Shown piece by piece: positions 20,801 through 29,136 of a stretch of DNA of 64,000 nucleotides. Source of the DNA: Giardia intestinalis (Eukaryota); assembly GCA_000002435.2 (NCBI GenBank), contig CM018790.1; one strand, given 5' to 3'. Under the pieces are notes generated by a model. The model saw nothing but the letters and a program-made list of their open reading frames with translations, did not search any database and was not told the origin of the DNA. The stretch's first letter is position 1. Each line of letters opens with the position of its first letter. A program made the position numbers and the translations under genes.

Positions 20801-22530
20801 CCCTCGACCGCGTTATCTTGTGGTAAACTGTCCAGCTCACTATCCAACAGCAATGCCTTATTAAGGGCAGCAGTTAAACGATTATTAATATGACGGCGTT
20901 GCAACATATTCTTATGAATCAAGGAGTTGATCCAGAGTTGTTCATGCTCGTAGGTGTAGGGATATGTGTGTGCAAAATAGACAATATCTCCCGCATATTT
21001 GAAAATGTAACTGAACGAAAGTGTGTAGTAGCTCCCAAGAAGGCAGGAAACAGGTTTTACATCGGGGCCTGCATTGGTATCTGTCTTTTGTGGCACTTTC
21101 GAAGTGGCAGGCGCCTGAGAGTCGTCTTGGGAGTCGTCATAATCGGAGTTCTTTGTTTTCTTATCTTGAACAGGAGTAGTTAATGAACCTGAATCTGCAT
21201 TTAGATACCGGCTATTTGAATAGTAAGCTACATCAAAGCCGCCCCTCTCCCAGCCCCGACCGGAGAGCATGTACTCTGTTTCACTAAATATAACCGGTGA
21301 CATGCCATCAGAATACTGAGAGGACGTCTTGGTGAAGTTAGCGATGAAGAAATTGTATCTAATTCCTGGAATTGTGTTTCCGACGGCAAAATAATACCAC
21401 TGGGTGTTTCCCGTTGAGTTGGTGTCTGGTCTAAGCATAAGAAAGTAGGTCTGATCCGCAGCACAGTACTTGGCGGTGACACCAGTAGCATTTGTTATGT
21501 ATTCTGTCTTGTAAGGAAACAAATCTGACTCTGGAGTTCCCATCTCCGTACACATTGGCAGTCTAGTTGCCTGCAGTAGGTTCCCACTCTCAAACCGAGA
21601 CTCAAAGCGCAGTGTAGTATCTGTTAGTGCCTGAAAGGTAGTGCTCTCTACATCACCAGTTTCTGGGCGTAAATTGTTAGGTAATAAGCTTGAATAAAGA
21701 AAGCCGTGGGCGCGTTCGTGTGCGTGCGCTTTAGCCCATTTCTTACAGGTAATAGAGTGTTCTGCTGAAAGAGAGGTGTCGATTAAAGCAAAGATTCCTG
21801 GAAATGCACTTACTGTATCTATGGCTGTCTCCGGAATGGATGCAGCCTCCTCTTTATGAGGTTGATGATGCTCTATACCCTGGTCAGTCAGGGATGACTT
21901 TGGACGGGGTGCTTCAGCATTGAAAACAGATGAATAGATAATTGAGACGGATGAATGTGTAAGATCGTAGAGCTTGTTCTGAGCACGCATGGTGCTAAGG
22001 TTAAGGGGATACCACCACTGATATGTATGCATGTTTTGGGGCTGACCAGGATGGTTGAGAGTGTCGTTTGGCTTTGTGGCTTCAGCTGCCTCGGTAGTCA
22101 CGGACGAATAAGGCCTTCTATAGTGATATACACAAACCCCTTTCTGCAGCCGATAATGGATTTGTTGAGCGCGCGTTAAATTTGCTACGGAAAGACAACC
22201 ACAGGGACACTTAAGATCTAGAGAGTAGTTTATAGATGGTTCTCGCTGAGATACCTCAGGCTTAGATTTGGCCATAGGCTTCGATTTGGTCTCGGGAAGT
22301 ATTAAGGGTTGACTGGTATCGTCCAGCTCCACGTGTATAAGAGGCTTCTTGTCTTGGTACTTGAATCCACAGTAGGAAATGGTAATGTCCTTCGGCCTGG
22401 AGCCCACATCATAAAGTGCATCGGGGGGAGGAGGCAGCTCCTTGACGGTACGAAGATGCTGAGAAATAATCGTCGAGAACTCCGTGTAGTTTTTCACTGT
22501 GACTTTCCTTAAGGCGGCATTTCCTTCCAT
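17815..22530 (-). CDS. Cytosolic carboxypeptidase (Nna1/CCP/AGBL family, M14 zinc carboxypeptidase), a likely tubulin deglutamylase, 1571 aa
   Basis: The N-domain motif [16 protein letters not shown] (FESGNL) is present. The M14 catalytic motifs are in order: [15 protein letters not shown] (HxxE zinc ligands), [44 protein letters not shown], and CIETTFGG (catalytic Glu, cf. LESTF). It is ATG-initiated (ATGGAAGGAAAT). Confidence 0.9.
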   Translation of the reverse strand: [1571 protein letters not shown]

Positions 22531-22595
22531 AAAGGGACAGAGGGATATGAAGGCCCGTTACCAGTTCCTTTTTTCAGAAAGCAACACAAACAAAT

Positions 22596-25500
22596 TCACA
22601 TAGATGGTAGACCTGGGGTAGCTGCGCACTTAATACATATGGCATGTAGTGCAAAGAACAGCGTTCTAATTGGGGTTATCATATTATAACCTTTCGAGCT
22701 TTCCACTGCAATCCCCTGCATATCTGAGAAGGCAGAATTGACTAATGAAGTAAAATCTTGGATACCAAGAGCCTGAACTGCTTCTAGAACCTGAAGGCGA
22801 AAGATGTCTTGGCGGAACTGCAGCCCCGCCACAGAAATATCTTCTATATCGACAAAAACAACGTGTAGAAGTGCAGCAGCCAAATCAGAGATAAGATCTT
22901 CGTCCTGGACGGTTGAGAAAACGCAGCAAATAAGCTTACCGATAGATTTCTCAATGACTTGCACGTAGGCCCGGTTAACCTGCTCCAGTTGATCAGAGTG
23001 CACATAGCTGCCAAGGAGAGCATTGACAAAGGTGGCTATGCAGCCAAACAATTTTATCTTTAAAGACACGTGCGTCGGCGACAGGTTATCTAGAAAATCA
23101 CAGAGAGCGGTTAGCATACGCGTTGCTTCCTCTTGCTCAAGGGTATCATTGCTCAAATTTAGGATCATTGTGATCATATCTACCATTTTTGTAATGTCAT
23201 GGTCGTCTACATGATTCAGGATTGGGGTAAAGCTAAGGATAATATTCAGAACATTTGAAAACAGGTGAGAAATAAAGCTCTTGTAATCATCGCCCCGGAG
23301 CGTCAGCAAAGAAGGAATATAATTTGTTATTTCGTACAACATATCTACGGCTACCACAGACGCAGCAAGAAATACCAAATACAGTTGCTCATGGCCAGAG
23401 AAGGCAACAGACGTCACATCTTCCCCCGAGTAAACGTGCTGCAAGCTAGAGCATCGCTCGGAAGAAACGCTAGCCCAGTCCATGGTAGTTTGAAGGCTAC
23501 GACACAGAAGTCCGAAGGAAGAATCAATTAGCCGCTTGAAGAAGGACGCTACTTGCGAACCTATGCATTTAAGCCACTTATCTATTGTGATCTTCGCAAA
23601 AAGAAAGATGTCCCTCACCAGAAACATAGCTGACAGTATGTAATTGGTTCCATTGGGCAAGGCCTCAAGGTAAGGCAGAACCACATCATATGCAGCAAAG
23701 ACCTTGTTCAGAAAAGCATTCTTTAGCCCAGCGCAGTCGTCGATGCTCATATTTTCTAATGCTGCCAGCCCGCCAGCGGAAGCAGACAGAAGAAGTGTTA
23801 GAATCTCTATTATCAAGCAAGGGTTAGTCGTCAATTTCTGGGCTCCTGCTGTTGCCACTACGGACAGTAGGGAATCAACATAAGCAGTGAGATGAAAGGT
23901 CTCGTCCGGTCTTACATGCTCGATGAGGAGACTACTAAAGGTTAAGACGTTACTTTTGTATTTGAGAAGAAAATTGGTGAAGTCGCAAGTACTAGCAACA
24001 GGAACTTCTCTGCACATCGTGTCCAATTTCTTAATAGCTCTCAAGACAACGTCCAAAGGAAAAGCTGGCCTCTTCTTTACGATGTTCATGGCGTCAATGC
24101 ATAGCAAAAGAGTGGAGATAATGGCATCATTTAGGAAGAGCGTAGAAAGATGAACATGCCCAGGAGAGTCGTGGACGCTCCCTATGCACTTTAACACAGC
24201 AATAATTGCTTCGGATATGGCTGCACACGAGGCTGCACTCAGGCATTCGCTATAACTGGTCGCACACTCACTGTCGTAAAGCATGTACTGTACCCACTGA
24301 ATGGCTATCTGAGTATAGAAGCATGCTCTAACCACAGTACCCCAATCACATTCGCCAGAAAGTCCACGAGCAATCAAGCAAATGGCGGTTGACGCCAGCC
24401 TACACTGCTGCGAGATAAGCATCTCTGTCGGTGCCATGCAAAGATAAATCGGCTGCGCGCCTACAAACTCCTCTTCGTTAAATGAAAATAGCTCGTCACG
24501 TATGCCAAAGAAGAGAACAGAATTCAACACTACGATTGCTAGGTTACTGTCCAGTTTGGATGGGTCAGCTAAGGGGAGCGCGTTGCCGTCACGTATCCTC
24601 TCAAATATGGCACTCTCTTGGCAGAATCGTACAAAGCTAAAGCGCGCTGGGTCATTATTCTCTGGCATAAAGCAGTAGCGTACAGCCGTATGTAGATTGA
24701 TAGAGAAGTCACGAATTAATTGAACGCAATTATTACTGCATTTTTGCACATTGTACAGCCTCATATTTCGTGGAGTCGGCTCCTTATTAACCAGCAGATC
24801 CAAACAGCTAGCCATATATATCTGTATCTGGGAAATATAAAGGGCTGCAGAAGTCACAGAGTATATTAACAATAAGAACGAGTTAAGTGTCAGTACAAGG
24901 GAAGAGTTTTGCGCATTGCCTGATGAGACCAGATTAAGCGACGGGCCAATGATACAGGCTTGGTAGCTGGCATGAACTATAGACATCAAGGAGCTGAGAT
25001 AAGAAACAATAAAGCCCAGTTCTTGAGATACGGTCATATGCACAAAAAAGATAGTGAACGAGAATTGACAGAGTAGCTTTGTCAACTGATTTTTGTTTAG
25101 TATAGAAAGCATGGTCACAGGACCATTGGCGAGAATCAGAGACTGTATGATTTGCAGCGGGAAAAAATCATCTTCGGGATTGTGGGGAATATTGAACCAT
25201 GTGTTAGAGCAAAAGAAATTGCCAGCTATAACAATAGGATTGTATTCAGAAGGTCTGTATTCAGAGATAGACGCGCCAAGATCAAGCTCAAGTGTAGCCA
25301 TCTCCAGCCTGGACAAAATGTCCTCTTCATCCATTCTAGACAGCTGAAACTGATAGAAGCGTATCAAAAGGGCGATAACAAACATGCAAATAATACTGGA
25401 GGATTTGGCCTTGCTGTAGGTAACCGTCGCTAATGCAAAGAACAACTCTTGGCAGCAACTATAGACTAACTCATCCTTCCTCAAAAAAGCTAGAAGAAAT

Positions 25501-26261
25501 AGTTTCGCAGACCTACTATACCATGCAGTTTCTAATAAGTTCAATAACTCTGGCAAAGGCTTAGCTTGTGTGTCAAAGAAAGCATCGTCGGAATTAGTAG
25601 AAAAGGCCGGGCAGGTCTTGCTGAGTGCTCCCCACTTAACGGAGATGGTTATGATCTTCAGATGGGCAATGATGAAAACTTGGTGATTGCCTTCATTAAA
25701 CTTTGGGGCAGTATTGGAGGTGCAATAGGCGTCCATAAGGCGGTCTAGAGAGTCCAGTACGTGGTTAACTAGCTTGATGACAGACTCTCTGATTACTGTA
25801 TCTTGTGCAGCAACCTGCTTGGCAACGGCGGCGGTAGCAATATGGAACAAAAGGTCTTCAACTACACTAAGTAAAAAAGGGACTTCTGTGAAACGCTCGG
25901 TAATAAGCACTGTGCAGAAAGTGTGAATTTCATCTGACGAAAAACAGGCCGGAACAACAAACGCTACAAGTTTAGAAAGCGTCTTCACGGCGATCCCCGT
26001 TGCCAAAAGCGTCCTTCCTGCATCGAGCAAACGTGGCACGTAAGCCTTAAGAGTGTGATAAAGCGAGGGTTTAGCTGTTCCCGCTGTAACAAGCAAGTTA
26101 AGACCATGAAAGACAAAAATGTCCTTCGACTGTAGAGAGTCTAAAAGGACGCTAGAGAACGCAAGATAATATGTCGGGTCCTGTAGAGCCGCCTGGATTT
26201 GTGTAAGTCCGGAATAGTCCCCTTTGGAGGCAGAGTCTACAGCAGACTCCAGCTCTTCCAT
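22596..26261 (-). CDS. Large (1221 aa) predominantly alpha-helical hypothetical protein, possibly HEAT/ARM-repeat and karyopherin-like. No diagnostic motif found.
   Basis: A long uninterrupted ATG-initiated ORF with leucine-rich amphipathic helical composition throughout. The karyopherin/exportin suggestion is inference from size and composition only. Confidence 0.6.
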   Translation of the reverse strand: MEELESAVDSASKGDYSGLTQIQAALQDPTYYLAFSSVLLDSLQSKDIFVFHGLNLLVTAGTAKPSLYHTLKAYVPRLLDAGRTLLATGIAVKTLSKLVAFVVPACFSSDEIHTFCTVLITERFTEVPFLLSVVEDLLFHIATAAVAKQVAAQDTVIRESVIKLVNHVLDSLDRLMDAYCTSNTAPKFNEGNHQVFIIAHLKIITISVKWGALSKTCPAFSTNSDDAFFDTQAKPLPELLNLLETAWYSRSAKLFLLAFLRKDELVYSCCQELFFALATVTYSKAKSSSIICMFVIALLIRFYQFQLSRMDEEDILSRLEMATLELDLGASISEYRPSEYNPIVIAGNFFCSNTWFNIPHNPEDDFFPLQIIQSLILANGPVTMLSILNKNQLTKLLCQFSFTIFFVHMTVSQELGFIVSYLSSLMSIVHASYQACIIGPSLNLVSSGNAQNSSLVLTLNSFLLLIYSVTSAALYISQIQIYMASCLDLLVNKEPTPRNMRLYNVQKCSNNCVQLIRDFSINLHTAVRYCFMPENNDPARFSFVRFCQESAIFERIRDGNALPLADPSKLDSNLAIVVLNSVLFFGIRDELFSFNEEEFVGAQPIYLCMAPTEMLISQQCRLASTAICLIARGLSGECDWGTVVRACFYTQIAIQWVQYMLYDSECATSYSECLSAASCAAISEAIIAVLKCIGSVHDSPGHVHLSTLFLNDAIISTLLLCIDAMNIVKKRPAFPLDVVLRAIKKLDTMCREVPVASTCDFTNFLLKYKSNVLTFSSLLIEHVRPDETFHLTAYVDSLLSVVATAGAQKLTTNPCLIIEILTLLLSASAGGLAALENMSIDDCAGLKNAFLNKVFAAYDVVLPYLEALPNGTNYILSAMFLVRDIFLFAKITIDKWLKCIGSQVASFFKRLIDSSFGLLCRSLQTTMDWASVSSERCSSLQHVYSGEDVTSVAFSGHEQLYLVFLAASVVAVDMLYEITNYIPSLLTLRGDDYKSFISHLFSNVLNIILSFTPILNHVDDHDITKMVDMITMILNLSNDTLEQEEATRMLTALCDFLDNLSPTHVSLKIKLFGCIATFVNALLGSYVHSDQLEQVNRAYVQVIEKSIGKLICCVFSTVQDEDLISDLAAALLHVVFVDIEDISVAGLQFRQDIFRLQVLEAVQALGIQDFTSLVNSAFSDMQGIAVESSKGYNMITPIRTLFFALHAICIKCAATPGLPSM

Positions 26262-26683
26262 CTACATTTTTAGGTACTGAAAATTATTGGCCATAGAACA
26301 TATTAATTTTAGAGTGAACCACAGGTCGAGAGCAGAAAGCTACAGAAAAGGTTATTACCAAGCTTACGATATAAGATCATGGTCTATGAAGATTTTGTCA
26401 GGATCTGTTTTCTACGATTAAGCAACGCGTAATATAGCACCAAAGTATAGTTCTGATTAAATTATACTGTCGTTTCCAGTGGGCATCAAGTTCCAGAGAT
26501 TTTAGATAACGAGCCTCTAGGTGCAAAAAACTGTCATATTACTATATTGGATACCACAGTATAACAGGATGGTGCAAACTTATTCAAAATACTACCGGCC
26601 TAATGCTTCCCACTTCAGTACGAAGACAAAGAAATCAAAGGAGTCAAAAAATTGAAAGTTGATTTCCGCTATCAGACGGCCGG

Positions 26684-27010
26684 ATGACGGGGAAGGAGAT
26701 CGATACAGCAGCACAGGAATATGAGAATCTTAAGGGGCACGCACAAGCGCTACAAGAGAAGTTAGTGCACGTGACAAATGACCTCCGGGAGCACAAGCGT
26801 GTTCTGGAGACGATAGAAGATATCGATTCAGACCGAGTGGCCTATCGCCTTGTGGGCGAGGTTCTCATTAAAGAAACAGTTAAGGAGGTGAAGCCATATC
26901 TGAGCAATACGATCTCATCGCTCCAAGAGGTCGTTAAAAAGTTAGAGGAGCAGCTTGCTGGAACAGAGAAGCAGCTACTTGAGTTGCGTGACAAGATTGA
27001 GACAAAGTGA
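26684..27010 (+). CDS. Prefoldin beta-type subunit (PFD2/GIM4-like)
   Basis: It is 108 aa with a coiled-coil–hairpin–coiled-coil layout. The central …AYRLVGEVLIKETVKEVKPYLSNTISSLQEVVKKLEEQL… matches the prefoldin-2 core (CYRMVGGVLVERTVKEVLPAL…). Confidence 0.8.
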   Translation: MTGKEIDTAAQEYENLKGHAQALQEKLVHVTNDLREHKRVLETIEDIDSDRVAYRLVGEVLIKETVKEVKPYLSNTISSLQEVVKKLEEQLAGTEKQLLELRDKIETK

Positions 27011-27098
27011 ATTCCTAGGCTCTTTGGTGTAATTTTTATTGTTTGCGGCCATTCCCTGCACCATTCCCGGCGCAGGGAGATTGTTTTGCTAATTTAAA

Positions 27099-28493
27099 AT
27101 GAACATTTGTTCCAGGCCCAGGAAATCCGGGGCTGCCCGGGGAGCAGATCCATCGTGGTTTTCCGCGTGCTCGGATAATAAAACAGACGTCGTCAAGGCC
27201 CAATTAGGTAAATGCAAGAGGTCATTTGACAGACGCGACACAGACTTCAACGTCAAGGTTTACAAGGGGTTCTCTGGTCTCCATTATGCTTGTATGACTG
27301 GAGCCCTCAATGTGGTAACGACGCTCCTAGAGTATGAATATGATCTCTATACTCAGGTTGAAGCCGTCCTCACGATGGCAACAATGTCTTCAGGAGATAC
27401 GAAATTCAAGTGTGCAGCTGGAACTTCGCCTCTTATGATCGCAATAATATCAGGTAACATGGATGTGGCTCTTACCATCTTGAACTTTGCCAGTTCAAAG
27501 GGGGAAGATGTTCTCAAGCGTATGGTGGGCATTCAGAATGAGCGAGGCCAAACTGCTCTTATGTGCTTCTGCATGATAGATTCTACTAACGTATTAACGT
27601 TTTTGTATGCACACCAAAAGCTTCTTATGCGCTACGAGATAGGCGCTGAGACGATAGAAGGCCTTACGGCCCTCCAGATTGCAGCTACCTTCGGGAGAAA
27701 TTATGTGCTTGACAGTGTTTGTAAGACTCTTCTAAAATTGGACACGTCGAGTCTTTCAGATTTAGAGTTTAAGATGGATTTTGTTAAGGCTCTGCTGAAA
27801 CGCGATAGATCTGGACGCGATATTTTTTATTATGTTGAGAATACAGTCCAATATGAGCACTTTTCAACAAGCCTCCAAAACAAGCAAGCATGCAAAGTCA
27901 CCCTGCTGTCAGTCTTCAAGGACGTGGTTTTGTGGCTGATCACAAACCCTGTAGAGAAGGCCAAAGAGCTTATCAACTCGGGAACTCGTGTAGATTATTC
28001 GGTGTGCTATTTAAATGACGCCTTAATAATTAATGCCACTAATGAGGACTTCTTTATTAACAGTAAGATGACAACCGATCAACGGGTGCTGGACTTGGCT
28101 AATAAGCTGGATTGTTATGTTAATTGTTGTCAGTTATTGAACCAGAATCCTGATGAGATTCTCTTGGGAATAGCCAGAACATACTTAGATGAAAACGGAA
28201 ACCTTGTTATTAAGCCGGACCTCTCTGTAGTACCCGCGGCTATATTCGGTCAACAAGAAGCCGGACAAGATCGGGCAAATATAAGGCATGTTCGGCAGGA
28301 AAGCGGGCTGTCTACTGCCTCGGAAGATAGTCACACTATGAGTAGCTTTGATATCATTAGGAATGCAACTAGTCACAGACTGTACTTGAACGAAAATGGG
28401 ATGCTGGTGCTCCAGAGTCCACAAGGAAACGATATTTCGCTTAATGCCAGTTGCATCAGCCACCATCAGACTATAGACGATTTAGATAGCTAA
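27099..28493 (+). CDS. Ankyrin-repeat protein (Protein 21.1-like paralog), 464 aa
   Basis: N-terminal module …KVYKGFSGLHYACMTGALNVVTTLLEYEYDLYTQ…, ANK repeat (TSPLMIAIISGNMDVALTILNF…), and a CxC/Cys-containing C-terminal region. My own base count around the ATG differed by 1 nt from the track, so I use the track coordinates. Confidence 0.8.
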   Translation: MNICSRPRKSGAARGADPSWFSACSDNKTDVVKAQLGKCKRSFDRRDTDFNVKVYKGFSGLHYACMTGALNVVTTLLEYEYDLYTQVEAVLTMATMSSGDTKFKCAAGTSPLMIAIISGNMDVALTILNFASSKGEDVLKRMVGIQNERGQTALMCFCMIDSTNVLTFLYAHQKLLMRYEIGAETIEGLTALQIAATFGRNYVLDSVCKTLLKLDTSSLSDLEFKMDFVKALLKRDRSGRDIFYYVENTVQYEHFSTSLQNKQACKVTLLSVFKDVVLWLITNPVEKAKELINSGTRVDYSVCYLNDALIINATNEDFFINSKMTTDQRVLDLANKLDCYVNCCQLLNQNPDEILLGIARTYLDENGNLVIKPDLSVVPAAIFGQQEAGQDRANIRHVRQESGLSTASEDSHTMSSFDIIRNATSHRLYLNENGMLVLQSPQGNDISLNASCISHHQTIDDLDS

Positions 28494-28555
28494 CTGTAAA
28501 TGCTGAGCACTAGTAAGACTAGTAAGCAAAGTCATGTCTGGACGAACGGTGAAAA

Positions 28556-29086
28556 ATGTCGAGGACTAATCTTCTCACCAAATTCAAGCATCTTCATTCA
28601 CCTGATCAGGGTATGGATGCTGCTGACCCTGTATTAGCATTATCAGAACACCTTCAAGAGGTTCCACAACTTTTAGACAGAGTGATTTCAAACCATGAGC
28701 GTTTGGTGCGTAGCAGACCTCTAGATTGTTCCCAACCCGAGTTTACTGACAGCTCCAAGATTCAGGAGCTCGTATCTATAGTCCAGGACGTGTCTATGCG
28801 TTTTCGTACTATCACAGACTGTTCCACGTGCCTTAATATGACCGTTAAAGAAGCCTTGAGACAAGGCTGCATCTATGCCCGAGGACAGATGAAGGAACTC
28901 TTTGGTGGACTCAAAGCGCTTGCAGAACTTCCGGAAGCTCTAGAGTCTATCCGTGGCAACCTTCTCTCTTGTGAGCGCGATATCCAGAGTGCCCGTGCTG
29001 AAGCCTCCAAGACAGCCCACTTATTTTTTACCATAGCAGATAGCAATCTGTCTGTGGTGCGTTCAGACAAGGCCCTGCTGGGATAG
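28556..29086 (+). CDS. Hypothetical protein, 176 aa
   Basis: ATG-initiated ORF sitting in the gap between flanking genes, in a compact gene-dense context. No recognisable motif. Confidence 0.5.
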   Translation: MSRTNLLTKFKHLHSPDQGMDAADPVLALSEHLQEVPQLLDRVISNHERLVRSRPLDCSQPEFTDSSKIQELVSIVQDVSMRFRTITDCSTCLNMTVKEALRQGCIYARGQMKELFGGLKALAELPEALESIRGNLLSCERDIQSARAEASKTAHLFFTIADSNLSVVRSDKALLG

Positions 29087-29136
29087 AGCAAACTGCGTAA
29101 ATAGTTAATTAAAATCGGCTCGCGGGCTGTGGTCGA

